Below, piece after piece: positions 54,914 through 63,351 of a DNA stretch of 64,000 nt; positions within the stretch are counted from its first letter, which is position 1, and each line of letters opens with the position of its first letter. This stretch comes from Dehalococcoidia bacterium (lineage in GTDB: Bacteria; Chloroflexota; Dehalococcoidia; Bin125), in assembly GCA_963555985.3 (NCBI GenBank), contig OY820591.1:1664001-1728000 (forward strand), written 5' to 3'. The notes below the pieces were generated by a model that saw only the letters and a list, made by a program, of their open reading frames with translations, was not told where the DNA came from and did not search any database. The position numbers were made by a program, and so were the translations under genes.

Positions 54914-56230
54914 TCAGAGGCGCTCAGGGCGCTGTTTCGCCCGTTTCTGCGGTGCGTATCGGCTGCCGATCAGGCTAGCGGCCAGTTGGGTCAGAGGTTT
55001 GCGATGCATCTTCGCCATCAGGATCAGCAGCGCCAGTGTGAGCGCGTTCACCGCGGCGATCACGACCAGCACCGGTCGGTAGTTGTCGTCCACCGCATCC
55101 AGCAGCACACCGGCGGCGAACGGCCCGATCGCGAGCGCGACATTGCCCATCGCGGTCTGCAAGGCCATCAGCGTGCCCAAGCGACGCAGCCCGAACACGT
55201 CGGACGCGATCAATCCTTGTAAGGGCATCGTCTGTCCCCAGACCAGCCCGGCGATGATCGCGGAGAGATAGATCCAGAAGATCGGACCCGCCGCCAGCAA
55301 CGCTAGCGTGCCCAGCAGCATCACCGCGTAGCCCACGCCGAGCGCGGGACGCAAACCGAGCAACGAAGCCATCGGACCGATCAGAGCACGCCCAGGGATC
55401 GAAAGAAAGCCCCGCAGACCAGTCAGCGCAGCGGCCGCGGTGATCGACATACCCGCCGCCGTAGACGCCGGCACAAAGTGATTGAGCAGCGCGCCCAGAC
55501 CGAAGGAACTGGCGATCACCATCGCCAGCATCACTTGCACCTCGCGCGACCGCAGCGCCTCCCGTACGCCGCCGAACCCATGCTGATCCGCTGGACGACC
55601 GGCGCCCGCCGCTGTTGGCTCCGGCGGCGGGATCGGCGGCAGGCGACGAACGCTCAGCGCGGCCGGCAACGAGATGGCGGCCGCCACGATCAAGAGGATT
55701 CGCACCGCCCAGCGCCAGCCGAATTCGTCGGTAAAGAGCCCGGTCAGCGGCATGAAGATCACCGAGGAAAAGCCGCCCGTCGTGACCAGCACCGTCATCG
55801 CGGCAGTCTGGCGCTGGGGGAAGAGCCGCGCCGCGATCGGCATGGTGACGTTGTAAAACAGCCCCGCGATCGTGACCGCGCCGCCGAGCGTCCAGAGCAC
55901 GATGAACAGCCAGATATTCCCGGAAAACGAGGCGGCCATCAGGAAGACGGTGCCGGCGATCAGTCCGCTCCAGAGCACCGGTCGCGGACCGAATGCGTCG
56001 AGGATGCGTCCTGAGACCAGTGATGCGGCCGCGCCGAGCAGGTACGAGCCCATGAAGGCAGCGTTCACTGCCGCCGACGACCAGCCTTCGTCTTCCTGGA
56101 TCGGACCGGCGATGATCCCAAAGCCATAGAGCACCAGTCCGTAAGCGCCGCATGTCAAGATGCCGAGATAGATGATCTGCCGCCACGCCAAGAGCCAACT
56201 GGCGACCTCGCGCGGCGGTGGCAGCTTCAT
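54914..56230 (-). CDS. MFS transporter
   Basis: GRILDAFGPR motif A, about 12 TM segments; leaderless start MKLPPP. Confidence 0.88.
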   Translation of the reverse strand: MKLPPPREVASWLLAWRQIIYLGILTCGAYGLVLYGFGIIAGPIQEDEGWSSAAVNAAFMGSYLLGAAASLVSGRILDAFGPRPVLWSGLIAGTVFLMAASFSGNIWLFIVLWTLGGAVTIAGLFYNVTMPIAARLFPQRQTAAMTVLVTTGGFSSVIFMPLTGLFTDEFGWRWAVRILLIVAAAISLPAALSVRRLPPIPPPEPTAAGAGRPADQHGFGGVREALRSREVQVMLAMVIASSFGLGALLNHFVPASTAAGMSITAAAALTGLRGFLSIPGRALIGPMASLLGLRPALGVGYAVMLLGTLALLAAGPIFWIYLSAIIAGLVWGQTMPLQGLIASDVFGLRRLGTLMALQTAMGNVALAIGPFAAGVLLDAVDDNYRPVLVVIAAVNALTLALLILMAKMHRKPLTQLAASLIGSRYAPQKRAKQRPERL

Positions 56231-56255
56231 GGGCGCAGGGTACGCTGCGCCTATG
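56228..56255. promoter_or_regulatory. Bidirectional leaderless promoter
   Basis: CATGGGCGCAGGGTACGCTGCGCCTATG: TACGCT (+) and TACCCT (-), each 6 nt before an ATG. Confidence 0.7.
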
Positions 56256-56750
56256 CAAGATCGGTCCTCAAGCCACAGCGTCACGGTCGAACGCCAGCGA
56301 CTGCGTTTCGCTGCCGGACACTTCGCCACCTTCGCCGACGAACTCGAACCGATTCACGGGCACAACTACGACGTCTTCGTCGAGGTGATCGGCCCGCTTA
56401 CCGAAGAGTCGTGGGTGATCGACTTCTCCCTGCTCAAGCGCCTCACGCGCGAGGTCTGCGAGACGCTCGATCACAAGTTTCTGCTGCAAATGGACTCGCG
56501 CACGCTCACGATCACCGACGACCACACCCACTACCTCATCCAGTACCGCGACGAACTCTCCTACCGCCTGCCCAAGCACGATGTGGCCGCGCTGCCCATC
56601 GACAACAGCACGGCGGAGCGCCTGGCCCAGTACATCGCGGGCCAGCTGATGGCCTCGCTGGAGGCCGCCGGGCCGCCTGGTCTCGCCCGCCTGCGCGTGG
56701 GCGTGGAGGAGATGCCCGGTCAGGCGGCCTGGTTCGAGACGGAGCTCTGA
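56253..56750 (+). CDS. 6-pyruvoyl-tetrahydropterin synthase family, PTPS-III signature
   Basis: FAAGH...EPIHGHNY (ExxHGH, no Cys), VIDF..LK, LDHK, STAERLA. Confidence 0.85.
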   Translation: MQDRSSSHSVTVERQRLRFAAGHFATFADELEPIHGHNYDVFVEVIGPLTEESWVIDFSLLKRLTREVCETLDHKFLLQMDSRTLTITDDHTHYLIQYRDELSYRLPKHDVAALPIDNSTAERLAQYIAGQLMASLEAAGPPGLARLRVGVEEMPGQAAWFETEL

Positions 56751-57301
56751 TGCCGGACAGCAACGGCAAGACTATCGTCCTGGTGCTCTACGACTCGCAA
56801 GGCCTGGTGGCGGAACTGGCCAAGTCGATCGTGGCGGGCGCGGCCTCGGTCGAAGGCGTGGAAGTCTGGGATCGACCGCTCGACAGCGCCGACAAAGACG
56901 AGTTGGTCAAATGCGACGCGCTGATTCTGGGCAGCCCCAACTGGACGGGCATCACCGGGCGGCTTAAGCACTGGTGGGACTACACGGGCGACCTCTGGGA
57001 GTCGGGCGAGCTCGCGGGCAAACCCGCCGCCGCCTTCAGCGCCGGCTGGAGTCCCTCTGGCGGCCTCGAGGCGACGCTGCTACAGCTGGTGCATCTGCTT
57101 ATCGGTCACGGGATGCTCATCGTCGGTCTGCCCTGGACCTCAACGATGAACCACAGCGGCAGCTACTACGGAGCAACAGCCGTCCGCAAAGTGACCGATC
57201 TGGATCGGGAGCAGGCCCGGAACCTAGGCGCGCGAGTATCCGAGTACGCGCTGCGATTGCGTGAGGAGGAAGCGAGTGGAGCCAAACAGGCAGATCTTTA
57301 G
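56750..57301 (+). CDS. Flavodoxin-like WrbA family protein
   Basis: DALILGSP, LAGKPAAAF, GGLEATL, GSYYGA; TGATG-coupled. Confidence 0.85.
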   Translation: MPDSNGKTIVLVLYDSQGLVAELAKSIVAGAASVEGVEVWDRPLDSADKDELVKCDALILGSPNWTGITGRLKHWWDYTGDLWESGELAGKPAAAFSAGWSPSGGLEATLLQLVHLLIGHGMLIVGLPWTSTMNHSGSYYGATAVRKVTDLDREQARNLGARVSEYALRLREEEASGAKQADL

Positions 57302-57352
57302 AGCTCTCACTCGCGCTCCATCGCAACAACATCGAGGGCGTTCACCAGGACA

Positions 57353-57928
57353 TCAGTCGGAACGATGTTCTCTGATTGCGGAAACAATCGCCTCTCTCGA
57401 CTCATCTCGATCCCGAAGGTGCTCAGCGAATTCCCTGCCCGGATGCAAAGTGTCCCACTGGGATCGCCTCTGATTCCGGCGTCCTCTGCCGGGGTCCTTG
57501 ACGCCGAACCCGTCCACCGCAACATTCCAAAGCGGCTGGTAGCGGGCGATCAGCACTTGCTCAGTCAGCCCTATCCATACCGGGTCGAGGACCAGCCAGC
57601 GGCAAGTGAAATCATCCAGGTCCAGATTCCTCGCAGCCGCAATCGAGCGGGCGTGTTGCGTGAGCCGTTGGTAGAGCGTGGAGGCTCGTCGCGCTGTAGC
57701 GGCTACGCGCCCCTGTCGGCGTCCGGGCGGGGCGGCCTTGCCTACGTAGATCGGCTCATTGGGATCCATGTCGGCGTAGGCGTGGAACGAGCCAGCGCAA
57801 TGCAGCGTGTAGACCCCAGGGCCGAAAAACGACTCGGGCGGCGGCAGTGTCGCCGGCGGATACTCCATCAACGCCAGAGCCGCATTGCGCCCAATCTCGT
57901 CAACGCTGAGCGGGTTGTACTCCCGCAT
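57353..57928 (-). CDS. Eco29kI-family GIY-YIG restriction endonuclease
   Basis: YNPL, FFGPGVYTL, PIYVGKA, RLTQHARSI, E..LI....PLWN..VDGFG..DPG.GR, SQWDTLHPGR. Confidence 0.88.
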   Translation of the reverse strand: MREYNPLSVDEIGRNAALALMEYPPATLPPPESFFGPGVYTLHCAGSFHAYADMDPNEPIYVGKAAPPGRRQGRVAATARRASTLYQRLTQHARSIAAARNLDLDDFTCRWLVLDPVWIGLTEQVLIARYQPLWNVAVDGFGVKDPGRGRRNQRRSQWDTLHPGREFAEHLRDRDESREAIVSAIREHRSD

Positions 57929-57931
57929 ACG

Positions 57932-58621
57932 CTATCTCTCGCAACTACGGTCGTTGCGGCAGACGATCCAGAAGCAGTGGCGCTTGCGGGCGTGATGGGC
58001 TGTCTTCCACTTCGTTGAGACCATCGGTCCGGTACGCACCTTGACGATCAGGTCGCAGACGGTGAATCCGGCCTCCTCGGCCATGCGCATAAAGTCCACG
58101 TGCGCCCACTGGGAGCGGTGAGAGTTCACCATGTCCGTGATCTTCGCCAGCAGCAGACCTCGAGGTTTGAGCACCCGCCTCGATTGCTCGAGGAACGGCG
58201 GATAGAGGTAGCTCAGCGTCCAGCCGTGCTCCTTACCGCATTCGACGGTCGCCCCAAAGTCCTCGTCGAACCGCTTGCTGCTCTTGCCGCGCCCCTGCGG
58301 GCCGACGTGGGGCGGGTCATAGACGACGACCCCATAGGCATCGTCAGGAACGCCGATCATTTTGCGGTTGTCGCCGACAATCATCGGCTTGAACTTGGGA
58401 TCGATGTCCATCGACACCACATCGCGAGTGGACCCCTTCCAGAACCGGCCTCGGTTGTAGGTCGCGTCCAGGATCGGCTCTGGCGGGATCGACGAATAGA
58501 AGTTCAGCATCTGCTCGATCAGGTCGCCATCATTTCCCTCCCACACGCTGCTCAGAGGCCGGTACTGCTCTGTCTCAGTCGGAAGCTGCGGCTCGACGCC
58601 TTGTCTGAGAAGACCACTCAT
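57932..58621 (-). CDS. Short SAM-dependent DNA methyltransferase-like protein with DPPH motif
   Basis: ILDATYNRGRFW, MDID, VVYDPPH, RVLKPRGLLLAK; 3 bp from the nuclease start. Confidence 0.75.
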   Translation of the reverse strand: MSGLLRQGVEPQLPTETEQYRPLSSVWEGNDGDLIEQMLNFYSSIPPEPILDATYNRGRFWKGSTRDVVSMDIDPKFKPMIVGDNRKMIGVPDDAYGVVVYDPPHVGPQGRGKSSKRFDEDFGATVECGKEHGWTLSYLYPPFLEQSRRVLKPRGLLLAKITDMVNSHRSQWAHVDFMRMAEEAGFTVCDLIVKVRTGPMVSTKWKTAHHARKRHCFWIVCRNDRSCER

Positions 58622-58638
58622 GATCACTCTCCCGCAGT

Positions 58639-58666
58639 CATTCTAGCTATTGCGTTCCGTCTGGCA
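58639..58666 (-). promoter_or_regulatory. sigma70-type promoter of the MTase-nuclease operon
   Basis: - strand TTGCCA-N16-TAGAAT upstream of a GGAGA RBS. Confidence 0.55.
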
Positions 58667-58867
58667 AGAACAGCAGAGCAGAGCGTTCTCAGCCCCGAGT
58701 TGCCCCCGGAACATCATCATCCTACACCCCATATGAGGAAGGTGCATAAGCCGTATCTCATTCTATGGGCAACGAGAGACGCCGTAAGATTCGCAGGAGT
58801 GGATATGAACCAAGGAATCGACTAAGACTTATCTCGGACAGCTCTGCTGTCGAGCGAGGATTGTTGA

Positions 58868-59311
58868 ATGCCCGACGCCTACGATCCGCACCAACTGCTC
58901 GGCGTCTCCCCAAGCGCATCGGAAGCGGAGATTCGCAGCGCCTACCGGCGCAAGGCCAAGTCCGTGCATCCGGACGTGAACGACGCGCCCGACGCGGCTG
59001 CCCAGTTCGTGGCCCTGCAAGCCGCCTTCGACCTGCTGCTGGAGCGCACCCGCCATCCGCAGGGAGCAGGATCGCCGCAGCCGCCGCTAGACCCGGAGGC
59101 CGAAGCGGAACGGCGCGAGCGCGTGCTGCGCACAAACCAGCGCAAGCGCGAGCGCGACCGCCGCAGACGAACCTCGAGAGGCGGACGAGCCCGCGCAGAG
59201 GCCCACCGCGCGCAGTCCGAGAACGAGCGCCTGCGCCAGGAAGTCGAACGCCGCCGCGCCGCCCGCCGGCAGGCAAGAGGGCAATCCGCAGAACGGGAAC
59301 GCGACCTGTAA
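58868..59311 (+). CDS. Small J-domain protein with charged C-terminal helix
   Basis: DPHQLLGV...EIRSAYR...HPDVN...F..LQAAFDLL. Confidence 0.85.
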   Translation: MPDAYDPHQLLGVSPSASEAEIRSAYRRKAKSVHPDVNDAPDAAAQFVALQAAFDLLLERTRHPQGAGSPQPPLDPEAEAERRERVLRTNQRKRERDRRRRTSRGGRARAEAHRAQSENERLRQEVERRRAARRQARGQSAERERDL

Positions 59312-59356
59312 CAGCCGCGACAAACGCCCGCTCCCGCTCAGATCCGGATCCGTCGC

Positions 59357-59378
59357 AGAACGCTCGTACGCATATAAT
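59357..59378 (+). promoter_or_regulatory. LexA-like box abutting a TATAAT -10
   Basis: AGAAC-GCTC-GTACG-CA-TATAAT. Confidence 0.65.
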
Positions 59379-59440
59379 CGGCCAAGCTCAGCCCCTCCCT
59401 ACCGCCAACGAGACCCGGCATGACCACTCCAACCAGTCTG

Positions 59441-59546
59441 GACAAACCGAGACAAACCCGGACACACAGCCTAATTTCACTCAAAAACACCGACCAAATC
59501 TATACAGATCTGGACAAATCTGGACTTTTCCGGACTACCTACCGCC
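59441..59546 (+). repeat. 10-bp phased direct-repeat arrays
   Basis: GACAAACCGA/GACAAACCCG/GACACACAGC, then CGACCAAATC/TATACAGATC/TGGACAAATC/TGGACTTTTC/CGGACTACCT. Confidence 0.8.
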
Positions 59547-59696
59547 CAATTTCCCGCCCACAACGGCAAATTCGCTCTATCCGCTCAGAAATTCCCTCAT
59601 ACCCCAGCCAAACCTGCGATCCCCGTGCTTCGTCCATCTGCACAGACCCTAGAATCCCAAGCCAAGCGTCCGTTGAGCGACAGCGAGGAAACGCAT

Positions 59697-60581
59697 ATGG
59701 CTGATTACGCGAACCTCCTCGTTGATGTTGACGGGCCGGTGGCCACGATCACGCTCAACCGGCCCGAAAAGCTGAATGCCCTCTCGGAGGCGCTGCGCGG
59801 CGATCTCGCGGCGGCGTTGCGCGAGTTGAATCCAGGCGACGCCGTGCGCGTAATTCGGATCAAAGGCGCGGGGCGGGCGTTCTGCGCCGGCTACGACATC
59901 ACGCCCAGCGACAACGATTTCCAGTTCATTCCCAGCCGACGCACGGGCGACCAGGCCTGGGAGCTGGGCGAGTCAATGGCGGCGATGAACCGCGAGCATC
60001 TGCGCGATTCCATCGAACGCTGGCTCTGGATCTGGTCCTACCGCAAACCGATCATCGCCCAAGTCCACGGCTGGTGTCTGGCCGGCGGCAACGACCTGGT
60101 CGGCACCTGCGACCTCATCTTCGCCGCCGAAACCGCTCGCTTCGGTCACCCCGCCGGCCGGGCGTTAGGCCAACCGCCCACCCTCGGCATGTGGCCCCTC
60201 AAGATCGGCCTGCTCAAGGCGAAGGAACTGCTCTTCAGCGGCGACACGATCGACGGCCTCGAAGCCGAGCGGATCGGCATGATCAACCGCGCCTATCCGC
60301 AAGCAGACCTCGATCGGGAAGCCATGGCCTACTGCCAGCGCATCGCCCAAGTGCCGATGGACGGCCTCACCGTCCACAAGCACTCCACCAACCGCTGGGC
60401 CGAGCTGATGGGCGTGCGCATGTCGGCGATCGAGGGAGCGGAATTCAACGCCATCTTCGCCGAAGCCCCCACCATCGCCGAATTCGGCAAGATCTCTCGC
60501 TCGAAAGGCCTCAAAGCAGCCCTGGAGTGGCGCGACAATCCCTTCGGCGATGGCCGCGGGGCGGTTCAGCGTTCGGAGTAG
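59697..60581 (+). CDS. Crotonase/enoyl-CoA hydratase family (paralog A)
   Basis: ITLNRPEKLNA, FCAGYD, KPIIAQVHGWCLAGG, FGHP. Confidence 0.92.
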   Translation: MADYANLLVDVDGPVATITLNRPEKLNALSEALRGDLAAALRELNPGDAVRVIRIKGAGRAFCAGYDITPSDNDFQFIPSRRTGDQAWELGESMAAMNREHLRDSIERWLWIWSYRKPIIAQVHGWCLAGGNDLVGTCDLIFAAETARFGHPAGRALGQPPTLGMWPLKIGLLKAKELLFSGDTIDGLEAERIGMINRAYPQADLDREAMAYCQRIAQVPMDGLTVHKHSTNRWAELMGVRMSAIEGAEFNAIFAEAPTIAEFGKISRSKGLKAALEWRDNPFGDGRGAVQRSE

Positions 60582-60595
60582 CGATATCGGATCTC

Positions 60596-60729
60596 GTCAT
60601 GCCCGCGAAGGGAGACCTTTGCGTAAATCAAAGATCGTCATACCCGCGCCTGTCGCGGGTATCTCACCATGATCTGCACCGTCGTCGCGAACACGGCGAG
60701 ATTGCCGCGGCGGAGCGCGGCAATGACGG
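60596..60729. repeat. REP-like inverted doublet plus partial copy
   Basis: CGTCATACCCGCGCCTGTCGCGGGTATCTC 60636-60665; GAGATTGCCGCGGCGGAGCGCGGCAATGACGG 60698-60729. Confidence 0.85.
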
Positions 60730-60779
60730 AAGCAGGCTGCCCAGTACCATTCGATCGATTCCCATTGAAGGAGCGCGGC

Positions 60780-61664
60780 ATGGCTGAATACGAAAACGTC
60801 CTCATCGACATCGACGGACCGGTGGCGACGATCACGCTGAACCGGCCCGAAAAGCTGAACGCGATCTCGGGCGAACTGCGCGACGATCTCGAAGCGGCGC
60901 TGCGTGAGCTCAATCCGGGCGACGCCGTGCGCGTGATCCGGCTCAAGGGCGCCGGACGCGCATTCTGTGCCGGCTACGACCTCTCGCCGGAACGCGGCGC
61001 GCTTGGTTGGCGTCCGAACGATCGCACGGGCGATCAGGCCTGGGAGCTGGGCGAGTCGCGGATCGCGCTCGACCGCGAGGGTCTGCGCGCGAGCGTTGAC
61101 CGCTGGCTCTGGATGTGGTCCTACCGCAAACCGATCATCGCCCAAGTTCACGGCTGGTGTCTGGCCGGCGGCGGCGAGATGATCGGCGCTTGCGATCTGG
61201 TCTTCGCCACCGAGACGGCGCGGTTTGGTCACCCCGCCGGGCGTGCACTCGGCATCCCGCCCACACTCGGCATGTGGCCGATCAAGATCGGGCTGCTGAA
61301 AACGAAGGAACTGCTCTTCAGCGGCGACACGGTCGACGGTCTGGAGGCGGAGCGGATCGGCATGATCAACCGCGCCTATCCCGAAGATCGTCTGGACGAA
61401 GAGACGATGGCCTACTGCCAGCGGATCGCGCAGGTGCCGCTGGACGGTCTGACCGTGCATAAGCACTCGGCCAACCGCTGGTTCGAGCTGATGGGACTGC
61501 GCACCGCCGCCGCCGAGGGCGCAGAGTTCGACGCGATCTGGCACGAAGCGCCGACGATCAACGAGTTCGTCCAGATTTCGCGCGAAAAGGGCCTCAAAGT
61601 CGCCTTGGAGTGGCGCGACGACCCGTTCGGCGACGGCCGCGGCGCACTCCGCCGGCGGACGTAG
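60780..61664 (+). CDS. Crotonase/enoyl-CoA hydratase family (paralog B)
   Basis: Same motifs and same 885-bp length as paralog A; AAGGAG RBS. Confidence 0.92.
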   Translation: MAEYENVLIDIDGPVATITLNRPEKLNAISGELRDDLEAALRELNPGDAVRVIRLKGAGRAFCAGYDLSPERGALGWRPNDRTGDQAWELGESRIALDREGLRASVDRWLWMWSYRKPIIAQVHGWCLAGGGEMIGACDLVFATETARFGHPAGRALGIPPTLGMWPIKIGLLKTKELLFSGDTVDGLEAERIGMINRAYPEDRLDEETMAYCQRIAQVPLDGLTVHKHSANRWFELMGLRTAAAEGAEFDAIWHEAPTINEFVQISREKGLKVALEWRDDPFGDGRGALRRRT

Positions 61665-61670
61665 CGTCCG

Positions 61671-62552
61671 ATGCGAGCGTTACCGACAGCCTCAACCGCT
61701 CAAGTCCGCGGCTACGCGCTGCGGGTCTGGGAGTGGTCCGCAATGGGCGCTCCCGCACGGACAGCGGTGCTCGTCCACGCGACCGGGTTTCATGCTCGCA
61801 CTTGGGATGCGGTCGTCCGCCTGCTGCCCGATGATTGGCGCGTCTTCGCGCTCGACATGCGCGGACACGGCGCGTCGCAGTCGCCACCCGACAAAGCGGG
61901 CGCAGACTGGCGCGAAATGGCCGCAGATCTGAACGAATGGCTAGCCCAGCGAGAGTTGACGGATGTAGTCGCCGCCGGACACTCAATGGGCGGCTGCATC
62001 TGCACGATCGCGGCGGCGAACAGCGAGCGGATCGAGTCCCTAGCGCTGATCGATCCGGTGCTGGTCAATCCGCGCGGCCCGATGCCGCCGACTCCGCCGG
62101 ACGGTCTAGCCATCGCCGCTCGCAAGCGGCGGCGGATCTGGGGCAGTCCGCAGGAGATGTCGGAGTCGCTCACCGGTCGGGGCGCGTTCACGCATTGGCC
62201 GCGAGAGGCGGTCGAGAGTTATGTCCGCTACGCCCTCAAGCCGACAAGTCGCTTGGGCGAGTGGGAGTTGGCTTGCGATCCCGAGGTTGAGGCCTGGTGC
62301 TTCGAGTACGCGCCGACGGTCGATCCCTGGCCGGAGATGGCGCAAGTGTCGCAGCCGACGCTGATCCTGCGCGCGGGTGAGGCGTTCGGGCACGGCTCGC
62401 CGACTGGCCAAAACGCGGTGGACGTGTTCCCCAACGCCTTCGAGACCCTGATCGAGGACTCGGATCACTTCATCCCGATGCGCCGCCCCGACGCCGTCGC
62501 AGAGGCGATGATCACGGTGGCGCGGGACTGCTCAGTAGAAACTCAGGCCTGA
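61671..62552 (+). CDS. Alpha/beta hydrolase
   Basis: VHATGF, DMRGHG, GHSMGG, HFIPM. Confidence 0.9.
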   Translation: MRALPTASTAQVRGYALRVWEWSAMGAPARTAVLVHATGFHARTWDAVVRLLPDDWRVFALDMRGHGASQSPPDKAGADWREMAADLNEWLAQRELTDVVAAGHSMGGCICTIAAANSERIESLALIDPVLVNPRGPMPPTPPDGLAIAARKRRRIWGSPQEMSESLTGRGAFTHWPREAVESYVRYALKPTSRLGEWELACDPEVEAWCFEYAPTVDPWPEMAQVSQPTLILRAGEAFGHGSPTGQNAVDVFPNAFETLIEDSDHFIPMRRPDAVAEAMITVARDCSVETQA

Positions 62553-63333
62553 AGCCGGCCTCGCCCTCTCGGATGTTCGGAGCAAGTCGCCCCAGGAGCA
62601 GATCACGCGCTGAGACGTAGGCGTTGTCGTCCCAGCCGAACTCCCTGGATAACTCACGCGCTTGGCCGCCCGTTCCAGCGCGGAAATGGCTTGTGGACGG
62701 CGTGAAGGATTCGGTGACGAAGCGGCGCGCGCCGGTCGCTTGCACGCGATCCGCAAATCCAGCCGCGTCCTCAAGCGGCAGCAACGGCGTCATCGTGATC
62801 GCCACGGGTATGCCTGCATCGGCGAGCTGGCGAGCCGCCGCCAACCGATCCGGAATGGGCGGATTGCGCGGCTCGAACGCTCGCCGGACTGCCTCGCTGT
62901 CGGTCGTGATGCTGAGGTTGACGCAGACCTGTTCGAACCGCCGCAAGAGATCGATGTCGCGTGTGGCAAGCGGGCTGCGAGTCTGTACCACCAACTGCGC
63001 GCCCTTCGCGGCGAGGATGGGCAGGATCGCACGAGTGAGCTGCAATCGCCGCTCGATTGGCTGATAGGGGTCCGTGGCGCTGCTGAGGTAGATCGTTCGC
63101 CCGCGCAGCTCGCGCCTGAGCCGTTGCAGCTTCTTGGCTGTGTTCTGCTTGACTCGCAACCAATTGCCCCATTCCGCCTGCTGCTGTGGCGGGGCGAAGA
63201 AGGCGGCGTAGCAGTAGCTGCATCCGAAGGCGCAGCCGACATAGGGGTTGAGCGTGTAGTCGTAGCAAGAGAGATAGCCCGCGCCCGGAGTCAAGATTTG
63301 ATGGGCGTCGTAGAACTCGACCGATACCGTCAT
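62512..63333 (-). CDS. Radical SAM protein, spore photoproduct lyase-like family
   Basis: LNPYVGCAFGCSYCYA, SSATDPYQPIE, QTRSPL..RDIDLL, FEP. Confidence 0.88.
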   Translation of the reverse strand: MTVSVEFYDAHQILTPGAGYLSCYDYTLNPYVGCAFGCSYCYAAFFAPPQQQAEWGNWLRVKQNTAKKLQRLRRELRGRTIYLSSATDPYQPIERRLQLTRAILPILAAKGAQLVVQTRSPLATRDIDLLRRFEQVCVNLSITTDSEAVRRAFEPRNPPIPDRLAAARQLADAGIPVAITMTPLLPLEDAAGFADRVQATGARRFVTESFTPSTSHFRAGTGGQARELSREFGWDDNAYVSARDLLLGRLAPNIREGEAGFRPEFLLSSPAPP

Positions 63334-63351
63334 CGTCCGCGGCCGGCCGAT

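Noticed and set aside
34315-56750. Other UGA stops as selenocysteine (ATP-grasp, Rieske, PTPS)
   Set aside because: Domains are complete at the stop, with no Cys-equivalent context or hairpin; two of them overlap the next start
56253-56750. Gene symbol queD
   Set aside because: Catalytic Cys motif absent
58660-58690. LexA box upstream of the MTase-nuclease operon
   Set aside because: GAAC and GTTC halves are not 4 nt apart
59441-59546. CRISPR array (also considered at 43803 and 26491)
   Set aside because: Units are 10 bp or abutting, with no unique spacers and no cas genes
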